Below, piece after piece: positions 35,550 to 48,436 of a stretch of DNA of 64,000 nucleotides. The first letter of the stretch is position 1, and every line of letters starts with the position of its first letter. Origin of the DNA: Rhodosorus marinus CCMP1338 (Eukaryota > Plantae > Rhodophyta); NCBI GenBank assembly GCA_029953675.1, contig JAMWBK010000006.1, positions 248,001 through 312,000 on the forward strand. The letters are read 5' to 3'. Below the pieces are notes generated by a model. That model did no database searches. It saw only the letters and a list, made by a program, of their open reading frames with translations, and was not told the origin of the DNA. Made by a program: the position numbers and the translations under genes.

Positions 35550-37621
35550 CTAGGTACTAGAGAACCCGACTCGGGTACCATTGTTCAACAGTGTTCCTCT
35601 GATCGGAAATGTCTCATGGTATATGTGGTGGTACAAAGTTTCAACGGGAGGCGCGTCTGCTACCTTCGAAAACGCAGCGGCTTCATCCACTTCGATCTTG
35701 ATTTCTTTTTCAATAGCCTTCAAATCTTCCGCCGTACTCCACGATTGCTCGATCAATCGCTCTTTAACCTGAGAATGTACATCGCAGAGTTCAGGCTTGC
35801 ACAGCGAGAGCGTCATACCACACGCAAGTAGAGGGAAATGGAGTGGACTATGTGTACTTACCCTGTCAATAGGATCTCTACTCTTCTTGATATCATTAAT
35901 CTCATCCTTTGATCTGTAAGTAACTCCCGGGTCTGACATGGAATGACCGTGGTAACGATACGTATCCCTATACATGAAGCAATTTCGCCCGAGACGGTGA
36001 CCATCGCCAAGAGTTGAGGAGAGTGAGTCAAGAGAAACAATGCAACATGGTTCGTCAAACCATATCGTATGCAAACCAGTCCACATGTTTAGAGTTGATC
36101 ATCTGCTTGAGAGAACTGTCAAGCGTGTTGGTCTCTCTGAGCAAACTAGGATATAGCAGAAGCTCTGCTACTAAAGCCGCATATTGTCCAAGCAACAAAC
36201 AAGAACCCCTTATCTGAGCAAAATGTGAAGGCAGCATCTTCTTACATTTCAATGTACAAGGGGCCGCTGTTAATCGCATACTCCTTCGCGAATTTCATGC
36301 CCTCTCTTACGGCAAGTACGTCCATTCCATCCATTTTAAGTCTGGTTGCGTTGGGCAAGAAGAAGTACTTAAGCACAGTTCGGGGAAATCCCCGAAATAT
36401 CCAGCCTTACTTCCACTCACCCCGGAATGTAATTTTCCCTCTTGTAGAAGTCTTGCGTTGCAGAAGCACGAAGAGCACTAGTACCCATTCCATATTGATT
36501 GTTCTCACAGACAAACAGAATTGGAAGCTTCCAAATCACGGCCATGTTAATCGCCTCAGCAATCTGCGCACATTCAAGCCAAGGGATCTCAGTCTCCGAT
36601 CCCGCGAGCCCCGATTTTGCATGCTTACTCTACGAAACAGAAGGTTCTCATACCTGTCCTTGATTTGCAGCTCCATCTCCAAACATTGTCACGGCAATGT
36701 TCGCTTTTTTCTCATACTTGAGAGCGAAAGCAAGACCAGCACCCAAAGGTACCTGGGAAGGTCAACAGCAAACGTGAGCTTCCATTTGAGTTATCTCGTT
36801 CTTAAGCTCGTAGGATGCACTACAATCGACAATGCAAAGGCCACCGTACCTGCGCGCCGACGATGCCATTCCCTCCGTAGTAGTTGTTCTTTCTGTTGTA
36901 CATGTGCATTGAACCCCCTTTGCCCTTTGAAACACCTGCATACCTGCCTGTGAGCTCTGCTAGAATCTCCTTCACATTTGATCCTCTGCTAAGCATCTGA
37001 CAATGATTTCTGTAGGCCGTAATGAGTGGATCCTATTCGATCAGAAGTGAAGCGGGGAGTAGCGCGAAGTTCAGACGACGACGGGGAGCATCTTCTTGTG
37101 ATGGGAGTTGGCACATACCTCAAAGGTTAAGACTGCATCCATCCCAACAGCAACTGCTTCCTGCCCGTCGTAAAGGTGGCAGAAACCACGGATCTGTTGA
37201 CCTTTGTAGAGATTATCAGCAGCAATTTCCATTCGCCTCATTCGATACATGATCCGGAAGTATTCAAGAAGTTCACTCTGGTCTGTGACATGGCAACAGT
37301 CGGGGAATTAATTCCTCAAAAAGGCATAGCTGCAAACAGTTAAGAGTGCTTAAAAACAAGAAAGCCCCATACCACTATAAGCATACGGCGTCGGGCTATC
37401 GATCAGAAAAGGATCAAACGGTCTAAGGTCAAATCTCGTCTTTCCATCGACTTCCTTTGGAGGCACCGGGGATTTCTTCTTGTTTGTCGCCTAAACCACA
37501 GACAACATCCAAAGTCCATTTCAGAAACAAGAGGCAACCAAGAGAAACGAGCTAAGCAAACAAGGGCAATCCTCACCATCCCTCGAACTCCCAAACCAGC
37601 TCTCAACGCCCGCCTCCACAT
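35550..37621 (-). CDS. PDA1: Pyruvate dehydrogenase E1 alpha subunit, mitochondrial (multi-exon)
   Basis: Starts with the presequence-like [15 protein letters not shown]. Motifs [49 protein letters not shown]-binding GDGAANQGQ, and [12 protein letters not shown]. Confidence 0.96.
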
Positions 37622-38854
37622 CCTGACCCTAAAACCCAAACGAACAACTCACTCACACAACAAACGCAAACTAAAAACACCTCCTCTCTCTATCTACTCT
37701 AGTAGAAAAACCATATCAGTATGGACTAATTCTTCCATAAACCGTTCAACTAGTACCCTTCTACCTCCGGCACGTCCCAAACCTGCCCCAACTGAAATCC
37801 CTGGAAGTCCGATCTTTATACATTGAATGGCCACCCCCTCAATGGGTCAATAGAAATCGGTGATTCCAATATCCAACGCTTATGACACAGATGGGATTGG
37901 CTTTTGCCTGCCAAGGGCACTTTCGTAACAACATGAAAACATTGATGGAAGCATTTTTATGCTACCACGTTGCTTGACTGTGTGGTTACTTCAGCAGCAG
38001 GATTATCCTGGCCTCATCCCAATTCATTGAATGTCAAAACCTCAACCGATCGATAGAAATCGATCAATCCATTGACTACGTGGCAAAGGGGGGCAACTCA
38101 CACGAATATAGAATCTCGATTGAAAAGTTTCTATACTAACGCCTTGATTTCAACTGTGTACTGAAGCAGTGATTCCTTTAGGGACATGATCAGTTCGATC
38201 CATATGAGGAGCATGCCCATCCCCAAACCACAATGATCTGCGGAAACGTCCAAAAGACCTAGTATCCAAAGATATGTTTCTATATCTTTAGATATGTGCA
38301 ATATCTATATTTTATATGAGATATTAATAAATATCTTCAGATGTCTAATTTCTAGATTTATCGTTAGATGTGTATCGGCAGAGTTTGGTGACGGCTTTGC
38401 TATGATTTGGAATCGGTCCATACTAGCTGGCTGGTTGTGTGATACTAACATTTGCTTCTGATGGCTTTGTCAAGCCTTTTCTTATGCCCCGTGAGCTGTC
38501 CCATTGTGATGTTGGTTCCCGACGCCGTGAGTGTATCCGTCTTTGGCCCTGGCGCTAGTAGAAGACGTCGTTGTAATAGTAGGTACTCCTACCTGATCTG
38601 GTATACCGATCGCTTTGCTTCTGCATGAATGAAATTGTGTCCCTTTGAATGTTTCTATGCGCTCTCTTGTGACAGGATAAAGTCCCTCTGAGTTGTTGGT
38701 CAAGATCAAGATCCGCTGGTGGATCTTTGATTGCACGTGGAGGAAGCGTTGACAAAGTTGGGAGAGTGAAGGAGATGTGAATGAGAGGACTCTTCTAGGA
38801 GGTTTTTATATAGATATTTGCTTTTTTGGATCATTTGATCCGTAAAACATCAGG

Positions 38855-39600
38855 ATGGGCTCGATGGCGAAAACGAAATCGGAGCTTGAAAAAGTAATCG
38901 CAGAAGTGCGTGATATGCAGAAAGGTAAACCGCGCGAGATGATCGAGCTTCTTTTGTGTATCTGTTTATTACTTCAGACATGCGGAAGATCTTATGTGAT
39001 TGTTCGCGGTTCGTTCTTCAATGACCTCTGTTTAGATGTCGGCAAGATTACAAATCAACAAATTAATCTGAACTCGCAGTTGACTGAGAACCGGCTCGTA
39101 GAACAGGTAGGCTAGTTTCTCTTCGTTAAAAGGCTTGATACGTGTGAAGCGCTTTGCTCGTATCCTTGATCTCAGGGTGCTATTCCTCGGATATTGATTT
39201 TTACAGGAACTTTCGCTTCTTAAAGACGATGCAGAAGTTTTCAAGCTCATTGGCCCGGTCCTCATCAAACAGGTAAGCACGAACAAGGTAAATCCGATGC
39301 TAGAGGATCGTCCACTCCTGTCTAAAATTGTTCGGGATGGGTTAGGATCTCCTGGAGGCAAAAGGCAACGTTAGCAAGAGAATCAACTTCATCACGAGTG
39401 AGATGAAGAGAACTGACGATCAGATGGCCCTTCTTGAGCAGAAGCAGGTAAACCCCTCGCGTTCCACAGGACTGCATCGATAACGCTGTGTTCTAAAGAC
39501 CGAAATGTCCCGACAACCATTCTAGGAAACAAAGAGAAAACAAATCATGGATCTTCAGATGAAACTCCAAGAACAGGCCAAGCAAGGAGCGGTACAATAG
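38855..39600 (+). CDS. PFDN6: Prefoldin subunit 6, 127 aa
   Basis: join(38855-38924,39036-39106,39207-39272,39346-39447,39526-39600). QLTENRLVEQELSLLKDDAEVFKLIGPVLIKQDLLEAKGNVSKRINFI. Confidence 0.95.
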
Positions 39601-41165
39601 AAAATATCAAAGTTCAATGCAATCCTCGCTCGTCAAGCAAGACGTCGACCTTGACATATGTTAATAAATCTGAAGCCGTACTACAACACAGGCAAACCGA
39701 AGCAGTCACTTTGAGCAACCGGTAATTGCGATGGGGCCGGTCCCGCTGCTGAGAGAAGAAACCGAAAGACTGATTTTTCACGAATACTCCAGAGAGGAGG
39801 TTCAGCCAAAAGCACCAAACTTGGGCTAAGAGTGAGTGGAGTCTCCGTTGGATCACTTCCAAACGTCACAGTTCATTAAGCGGTTCGTGGAATTTGCCTC
39901 AAACGAAAGCGCGGCGGGTAGTTGGTTTCGAACCATATCGTTCGCAGGTTCAATGCCGATCGTATCGTAGAGCTCGAGAACACCACTGGATTCGTGGAGT
40001 GTCCACAGTTCGAAACAAAGTGTCTCCCTCTAGCCCAGCAGTAGATCGCGCATTTCTCCGTGGCCGTTGTAGCCCTCGACGCCCACGACCGGAATGTATT
40101 GGATTCCGTACGTAATGCGGAAACGGAAAGCTAGCAGTATATTTTGCTCTCTGTTGAAACGAGGTCGGAGCCATAGGAGACTCTAGAGCGTCATATTAGC
40201 CAAACACCGATTGGATCCAATTTCTGCGCCCAGACAGAGCGAGTCCGTCTAGCCAGTACTATCCGGGGGGACCTCCAATTCTTTTCTCAGCTTATAGAGC
40301 AATAAGGAGTTTCGCGACCTTGAACTCTCTTGTTTAAAGCTAATCCATCCTAGACAAGCAGTCGAATCATGATCGCATCATAGTTGCGTCGTGATCGGAC
40401 GTTTTGTCTTGCTCATACATGAATTAGGCAGAGCCTCGGTTCCCGCCTGTAAAGACGACGAGAGAACTAGGGGAAATCGTTCTGCAAATGATCTTCTCCT
40501 TCCTCATAACGATTCAAAGCTGAATAAACAGTAACACCGCAAGAGACGCAGGCCAACGAAGACCTCGATGGTGGGTTAGGGATCGTTGACCAGTTTCGCG
40601 ATCTCATCGTAATCACCAGCCTGACTGTCCTCCTGGCGCCTCAACAATCGCAGAGTCTCGCCTGCCGTCTGTAGAGATGACCAGAAGAGAACGCGGAAAA
40701 TTGCACAAAAGCGCGTCTTGGAAACGATATTCTCCAAGACGATCTAAAGCGGACTGAAAAGGGCAGTTCCAAAACAAGATAACGTCCCTCCAGGAGAGTT
40801 CATAGTGATAACCAACCTGTAAAGAAGACCCAAACGAGATCGTGGAGAAGCTAGTCTGTTTCGAAAGCGCTACATACCAAGGCCAAGGTCTGCAAAACAT
40901 TACTTGGTTCTTGTTCAGAATCCTAATGCTCAATGAATCGAATACACTTCGACGTCCACAGAGCTTGTTAGGAAGGGAGAGGGAGACTAAAAGCAGTCCG
41001 TTGGATTGTTGTATCGGTGAGTACTGACGATCGGCGTTGGATAAGGATCACGTGGATAAATTTGGGTTAGGGTGGACTAATTCTGGTGATTCGAAACAAT
41101 CTCAGTTTGTGGAGGAGGGAGAGTGTTAGGTTGTGTTTTGGAAGTGTCTTGTGTGAGGCTTCAGA

Positions 41166-42163
41166 ATGATAGGGCGCTGTAGACTAATTCAGTTTACTCG
41201 AGAATTGGTTCGAACTGAGAGCGTGAGAGAATACTACGACGGGTTTAGAGGACGTAAAATATGGAGGCATAAGCGTCACAACAGGGGTATCCCTCACAAT
41301 AGAGGAGTTTTGAAGTACCACCCGACTCCGTTGAAGCACTTGGCCGAGCCTTGGCATCAGGAATCGGATAGTAATGACGAGCATAGATCGGCCTTTGAGG
41401 ACTCTGAGTTCAGGCGAAAAAGGATGGAATTCCTCAAAGGCCTTAAGGACTCGAAGGAGAAATATAGTAAGGAGATGAAGAATTATCTACTCGAGAAACC
41501 GAAGAAGGGTTGGCCCGTAGAAACACCGATGCAGAGGGACGAGAGGCTCCATAAAAACATGTAAGGTCGACACAAGTTCTCTGGGGAGGGCTCTCTGGCT
41601 TTGGCATACCCCTGTTAATCCTTTGGCTGGCACAGATAGGACGCTCAAGGTTCGACTCGTTATTTCCTACAGGAAAGAAAAGCTCGAAAGGCAAAGAAAG
41701 CACTTTGAAGAGAATCAACGTAAGCACGAGGTTAGCGTTGCAAGGAAGAAGCAAAATGCGATGGAAACTGAGTTCAGACGACAAGTACAGATGATGGAAA
41801 GATTAGAGCAAGTTAAGGAACTCGACAGATTATCCAAGAGCTGGTTACTAACCAAGGACCAAAGGGACAATAGGGTAAGTCCCAAGAAGCGTTTTGATAG
41901 TTTTTTTTTGGATTCGTCTCATTAGAGTCTCTTCGCAACTGTAGATTCACGAGGTCGTGGAACAATATCTGTCACTGGTAGAGGAAGATCCAGACCGAAA
42001 CCTCCCCAGCGCGAGTGGAATTGGGCATATGGGCACAATCAGCTTCAGAGATCGACTTCAAAACGGTCCTCGAAGAGGGCGCGCCCACGAATCACCATCG
42101 AGCGTTGTGTCAGCTTTGCGCGGCGTCAACGATGATAGCGTCGAGGATACGACACGACCATAG
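41166..42163 (+). CDS. Coiled-coil, probably mitochondrial protein, possibly mitoribosomal mS26-like, about 271 aa
   Basis: join(41166-41560,41673-41874,41945-42163). Arg-rich presequence-like start, a long charged helix, and SKSWLLTKDQRDNRIHEVV, which loosely resembles the mS26 C-terminal motif. The gene is solid; the identity is weak. Confidence 0.5.
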
Positions 42164-42821
42164 GCAGTCCCGTGACTTTTTTCCTCTTCCTTTTTTGTAT
42201 TTTTCGATAGCAATCTGTAAATAGCTCTCCACGATTTGCTTTCGTTCTTCCCAACAAGAGCATCGTCCTCACACAGCCCTCCGTAACCACGTCTTACTTT
42301 GGTTTTGCTTTATGATGCAACTTTGGTGGTGCTTGTTTTGGTCGGGCTTGCAATCTCGGAATCGGGCAAGTTCAGTTGGGCTTGCCTACTAGTCTTGATA
42401 GAAAAGCTACCACATCCGGCTTTTGCCTATTCCTAGTGGACGAGTTGGCCTGACCACGGGTTTGCTCGTTAATTGCGATGCCGAGAAATTATGTACAAAT
42501 GATCAAAGGGTCAAGCGCAGCCCAGGAAAAAAATGAATAGATGCTTCGTTTTTTTACAATAACCCGGTTGGTAGTACAGGCTTTCTCGGCACACTTGCGC
42601 AGTTATGAGGACTCCAAAAACAACCAGTCTCTAATGTACACAGGAGAGCCTATTCAAGCAAAGAAATACAGGAACCCCGAAGAGGACAAGGTCACACCAA
42701 ATACACAATCACGACATCTTCTCGTTTTCGAATTCGGAGCAATCGCTTACACAACAGCTCAAAACCAAACCGCCACTGACGGCCCAAAATAATGTGAATA
42801 AGAACGCAGAGAGTTGGGCTC

Positions 42822-45413
42822 CTACACGTACTTGTCGACGCCCTTCACCTCCGATATCTTTTCGCTTTGGAGAGACATCGCATGTAAACTTGATATGTGC
42901 ATCAGTTTACTGGAATCAACCCTCGACGCGCCGCTGTCCTCTTGGCTGTCGCTGGGGGAGATGTTTGAGTGGGGCGAATTTGAGTTGCCCAGTTCAGCTC
43001 CTGACACTCCACCAGCCAGCTCAATTCTCCCCTGTGCTTCAACGTGCGACCTCTTTTCCGCCTCATCATACGGCGTCGACCCCCATCGGTCTTTGATGTT
43101 CAACTTGGCACCCCTTTGAATCAATACGTCGACGATGTGCAAATGACCTTCTGATGCTGAGAGGTGCAATGCTGTTCGCCCGTCGTAATCCCGGTAGTTA
43201 ATGTCCACACCCGAATCGAGGGACCCCTTTACTTTCTGATACCTGCCTTTCGCAGCGTGATCGATCAAGTCCATCCCTCGAAAACGCTCCATAGAACTCG
43301 CCCGGGCATCCAACAACTTGGCCGGGACCTCTCCTCCATACTGCTTCATAATCCTCAGCACATCCTTATTTCCATTCTTAATCGCGTCGTCAATGGGAGT
43401 CCTTCCGAATCTATCCTTGACCTCCATGCTGGCGCCATTCACCAGGAGAAGCTCAGCAACTGAGGTGTGACCTTCCGAAGCAGCAAGATGAAGAGGTGTT
43501 CGCTTGTCGTAGTCAGCAAACTGTGCTGAGACACCCGCAACCAGGCGCTCACGGACGAGATCATGCAACCCTCGTGCGGCAAACTCAAGCAGCTCCATCG
43601 AAGCGAATTCTCCCGATGTCAGCGTATCAACGTCATCTCTCGCAACGCCATGTTTTTCCAGGACCGCCACCACCTCGTCGCGCTCATTTTTTAATGCGTC
43701 GTTCAAAGGTGTTGATCCCCATCTGTCTGTCTCCAAAGGATTGGCGCCACTCAGAACAAGCAGCTCTACGATGCCCGCGTGTCCTTCAGACGCCGCGAGA
43801 TGCATTGGTGTGCGCTTGTCATAATCCGAGAAACTCGGGGACGCTCCCGCAGCAATCCTAGCCTTGGCCTCGGGCAATCTACCAGCTGCACAGTCGTTCA
43901 TGAGCTGCATACAAAGGTTGAACGTTTTTGAGTTGTGTACTGACTCATTCGAAGGGGACGAATTAACTCTCGACCCGATTCTTGCTGAAGACTGGGATGT
44001 TGATGTTGATCCCTTTCCTTGCCCAGCGTTTGCGTTCCCAGTTCTGGGTAGGTGAGATCCAACCCCCGCGGAGAAGCCGTCACCATTCCCGATAGCGTCG
44101 GACACCAGTTCCGCTTCAAGGCCCTGCGCTGTGTTTCCTATCATTATCCCTATTCCAGAGTCCAGTTGTGTCGGGGGGACAATTTCCTTCCCAGAATCTG
44201 TGACTCCCTGTAGTTGCTCCTCAATATCTTTCCGAATCTGCTCTACTTGATCTTCATCCAGCTGAAACTCCAAAAGCATCTCGTTTGCAATGTCCTGCGC
44301 AGAGTCCTCCTCGGGATCGAACATGAAAGCTATGTTCTTCAGCTCACCGTCCACAGGTACCCTTAGGCCTATGCGGATGGAACCCCTCTCAGTGGTCACC
44401 GCCTCATTGTTAGCGTCATCGCCCGGTCCAGTAATGACGACATCCCTCTCCAAATTCGGCGAATGATGTACGTACATGTCCGCTGTGGTAACATTGTTCA
44501 GCGCGGTCGTCTTCGGGACCTGGAGAGCGCCTTGGTCTGTGCGAATCAAGTCCACATTGGATAAACGACCATCGTCAGAGGTCCAATCACGAAACAATGG
44601 GTGCTCAAGGAGTTGCTCCGCAGTAGGTCTATGCTCCTCTCTCTTGAGGCACTTCGATATGACCTCTTTGAACTCAGAATCGACGAGCTTCAAAAGCGCC
44701 GCGGGTGGTTCGCCTTGTAGCACCTTCCTAAAGATCTGTGCCGTGTTCTGGCACTCGCCGTACGGGTACTCCATCGTCAACATTTCGAGCATGCACATTC
44801 CAAATGCATAAATGTCGACCTTCTCTGTGTACTCCTCCTCGTAAAGCTCTGGGGCCATGAACTGTGGTGTTCCCAGTACTGTATACGCCTTCTCCTTCTC
44901 CTTCACGCTCGATAGTCCCAAGTCACCTATTTTCACCTCGCCGACATGGCCATTTATGAAAATATTCTCGCATTTCAAATCCCTGTGCATGATAGGCGGC
45001 TGGAAGCTATGAAGATATGCAATAGCCTCGAGAATATTTAAAGACCAACGCCGAATGACTTTCAGACGAATGTGCTTTGCGTTTCGAATGAAGTCCTTCA
45101 AGGTCCCTGAGGTCATCATTTCCGTAATGAAATCCATCTTTGGTTTTCCATTCTCGGTCGTACCTCGCCACTGCGCAAAGAAATTGATGATGTTCTTATG
45201 GTTCACAAGCTGAAGGAAATCTACCTCGCGAGCAACCTTCAAAATGTCCTGCTCGGTCAATCGATCAGTCTGAAGTTTGTTCCAGGCAACTTCCACCGCA
45301 TCTTCATTGTCGAACCCTTTGTAAACAAGCTTAAAAGAACCCCTGCCTAGCAGCCGCTCGGTGCGAGAGTATCTTCCGGTGGGATCCGACTCAACGTGCG
45401 CTGAATCAGACAT
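42822..45413 (-). CDS. WNK: WNK-family Ser/Thr kinase with a CCT-like domain and C-terminal ankyrin repeats, intronless, 863 aa
   Basis: Single ORF. DPTGRY..LGRGSFKLVYKGFD has the beta-2 Lys, followed by EVAWNKL, ITEMMTSGTLK, HRDLKCENIFING, VKIGDLGLS and GTPQFMAPE. Three ankyrin modules of the DYDKRTPLHLAASEGH..DRWGSTP type follow. Confidence 0.95.
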   Translation of the reverse strand: MSDSAHVESDPTGRYSRTERLLGRGSFKLVYKGFDNEDAVEVAWNKLQTDRLTEQDILKVAREVDFLQLVNHKNIINFFAQWRGTTENGKPKMDFITEMMTSGTLKDFIRNAKHIRLKVIRRWSLNILEAIAYLHSFQPPIMHRDLKCENIFINGHVGEVKIGDLGLSSVKEKEKAYTVLGTPQFMAPELYEEEYTEKVDIYAFGMCMLEMLTMEYPYGECQNTAQIFRKVLQGEPPAALLKLVDSEFKEVISKCLKREEHRPTAEQLLEHPLFRDWTSDDGRLSNVDLIRTDQGALQVPKTTALNNVTTADMYVHHSPNLERDVVITGPGDDANNEAVTTERGSIRIGLRVPVDGELKNIAFMFDPEEDSAQDIANEMLLEFQLDEDQVEQIRKDIEEQLQGVTDSGKEIVPPTQLDSGIGIMIGNTAQGLEAELVSDAIGNGDGFSAGVGSHLPRTGNANAGQGKGSTSTSQSSARIGSRVNSSPSNESVHNSKTFNLCMQLMNDCAAGRLPEAKARIAAGASPSFSDYDKRTPMHLAASEGHAGIVELLVLSGANPLETDRWGSTPLNDALKNERDEVVAVLEKHGVARDDVDTLTSGEFASMELLEFAARGLHDLVRERLVAGVSAQFADYDKRTPLHLAASEGHTSVAELLLVNGASMEVKDRFGRTPIDDAIKNGNKDVLRIMKQYGGEVPAKLLDARASSMERFRGMDLIDHAAKGRYQKVKGSLDSGVDINYRDYDGRTALHLSASEGHLHIVDVLIQRGAKLNIKDRWGSTPYDEAEKRSHVEAQGRIELAGGVSGAELGNSNSPHSNISPSDSQEDSGASRVDSSKLMHISSLHAMSLQSEKISEVKGVDKYV

Positions 45414-48400
45414 TTTTCTCACCAAGCCCTTTTTCTCACTACTCGACTCGCTCAAAAACCACCAAATTCCGAACACAAGAATCCAAATTGTCCAATCCCG
45501 ATCACCTAGACCTCACAAACTACCCCAACGTATTCTTCAACTGGAAATCATAACTCGTTCTTCTCATCTCCCTCAAAAAAAAGCCACCAGGTCCGCCGAT
45601 GGTAAAACGACATGCATTCGAAACTCTCCGGCCCCGCGCACGGGTAAGAATTTGCCCCACAAAGTCCACCTCCGAACCAATTACTGTTTTACTACAGTCC
45701 CCAAACAATTTCCCGTACGACTTTCACAGCAACCCCCGTGTAGCAAAGACCATTCATCGACCCACAGACGTCCAACCGTAATCTCATCTCTCAGCTCCAC
45801 CGTCTCTCCCACATAAATTTCTCGATCGCTAACCTCAGCTTCATCATCCAGAATCTTAATTAAGGTCTACAGTCTCCCGCCATTCCTCTCCGGCCCCTTC
45901 TTGCAACCACTTATCAACTACCACTCTCCCCTCCAGCAGTAGTCTCCCACCCAAAACCCAACCTCTAGACAAGAAAACGCGCACCCCCCCTTTCCCAGCT
46001 AATTTTCCCAATGTCCATCCATTCCGGCACACTTTCCCGCAGAGACCTCATTCAATATCGAAGAAAACCCCCTCCCCCAAAAGTTTCCCCAGACGCTACA
46101 ACTAGATGATAATTCTAAGACCAGACCAAATCCAGCCATTTTACAAGTTCATTTAGTACCCCTTTTGGGGTTCTTGTCCACATTTCTAGTTGAAAAAAAA
46201 AGTAGTAACCTATGAAATAACAGAAAATCATTTTATTGAGTGTCCTTTGCTTATGGGTCTGATGAGCGTAAACTGGTTGCCAAGTTTCGAGTGTTTAAGT
46301 ACGGGTAGGCGAATACGAGGATAGTCTCGATAAATAAATAATCGAGTAATTATTTAGACATTCTGGATACGTTCGGGCGATGTTCAAGAGGGTAGCCAAT
46401 TGCAACCAAATGTTCAGCAAGTTGAGAAGGGGGGTATATCGAAATGTAGTTGCTAAGTTTCTGGCGAAGAAAGCTGTATGTTCGAACTTTTTATTCGTTG
46501 ATTGGAGTTTAAGAATTTTTTTTCTTGTTATTTGGTGTTTGATGTATAACGCGAGGATAACGATTTTGAAGCGCTTTTTGAAGGCTTTTCATGAAAGCCA
46601 TTATTTGACTTCTTTTTTTAACCTTTTTTTTTTAGGCTGGAGGTCAACCTTTTCGCCTTGTGCACATGGGCGTGTGGGTTCGCTGCCATCAACCCCCCGA
46701 AATTAAACTTAAAAACATGCAAGCTGATATTGCAGATGGAATTTCAGAGGGGGTATTGGATACGACAATGCAATGTTTTCGTCTAGCAAAACAAATCACG
46801 CACAAAAACGGGGGGGATTCTAGAGCTTCTTCTTTTTTTTCGTTGCATGATTAGAACGCAGATGAATTGTATTTAAAAATACTCCCGTTTGAGAAAAACT
46901 TGAAAAAAGCTGGTAAACTGGAGGATTTTTGTATCCCAAGTCGGAAACATATGTTTTTCAGACAACCTGGGTTGAATAGTGCATAAAAACAACTTACAAT
47001 GGCACGGGGGGAGATGAACGAAAAAGAAGGGGGTGGGAGGGAGATCATCGATGCTGAAGGCACCACGGTCGGATCCCACAAATTCTGAAAGGGGGGTTGG
47101 GAGGGGGGGGGATTCCTGTTTGGATAGTCGAGTTCAGTGCAGAAAAATCTTCTCACTAACGGCTAAACATGTTGATATCTTTTTTTCGGTTAGTAGGGGT
47201 TCCAAGTTTGTTCGTTAACGGATTTTACGGGGTTCAACAGGCTGGATGCATTTCTGGAACGAGGTTGAGAGCATGATTTTGTTCAGATATTAATTTATAA
47301 CGGAGTACGCGACATCGTTTCGAGTTGAGGGTTTTCGCAAGGATTTTGACTTTCAACTCCTTTTCTTTTTTAGCAGTCCCTCCTCCAGGCATGTTTTGGG
47401 GTAAAATATTGCGGTGCTGTCAAGACCACGGATCACCCTACTGAAGGCATTTCATGGCCGATGTTTTTCAAAGCGTATCTGAGAATGGTGGTGATTCATG
47501 ATGCATTCACCAGCAGCCCGTTCGCCTTGTTCCGGCTGTGATCCGTGGGCAGACGAACAGATCCTTTGCATGTTTGATCAATTTAAGAGTGACTTTTGCG
47601 CGATCATGAGTCTCCAAATATCTGGACCCTAGCGAGCAGCAGAAGTTGCTGCCCCGATCACGAGTGGGTGGGTGAGATTATCGTGCGGGCTCAGTGCAAC
47701 TTAGTACAAAGCGTCCTGCATGGTCACAGTCTCTAGAGTATCCAGTCCAAAGCTGCCTATCCTTCTTCCGCGTTCTTTCTCCGGGATTTGAGTTGGTCAT
47801 AGAGAAAAGAGCTCGATTGTATCTGTAGATCGCTTACAATCGATCTGCTTCGGCTTCCACTCGCCAGCTGTGCGGCGTTTGTATTATTGTACAAGTCTGA
47901 ATGCTTTCCAGAGCAGGAAAATGTCTAGCAGATACATCTCTTCAGTATACCTAGCCTTTCTCCTTCTTCACCATCGCTTGTTCCGAGACACAAACCTGAG
48001 GAAGAAGGCTTGGATGAAACCGGGAGAATGCGCCTCTTGTGACTAAAAGGCCGCATTGGAACGCCGCAGCATAAGGCTTAAAGAAGACAGGAAAACTCGA
48101 GTATGCCTCATCGCGACTTCTTCATCCTTCCTGGCGATTTAAATCGCGGTCCTCGTACACATTGCCCACCCCCCCCCCCCTCCCCCTTTGGACAAGAAGC
48201 CCAGCTTGCACGATTCGGTAGGGAATCCCAATGTACGGCGTCCTCAGTGCATGACTAGATACGGACAAGAAAAAAATTAGGCGATATTTATTGGACAAAA
48301 TAAATAGAGCTTTGAGATTAATTGGGCTATTTTCAATGAACAGAGTTTTAATTGGTTGCAATTCACAGTATTGGTTCCTTTTTTTGATGCTGCTGACATC

Positions 48401-48436
48401 AGAAGAGGGGTGGGCATTCCGTCCCGATCCTGACGT

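Noticed and set aside
36225-36953. 242-aa + ORF
   Set aside because: Antisense across PDA1 exons and introns.
47470-47550. CTGAGA plus stems as a TPP riboswitch
   Set aside because: Missing the CCCT..GAACCTGA..TAATGCC..GCGTAGGGA core, and not associated with a thiamine gene.
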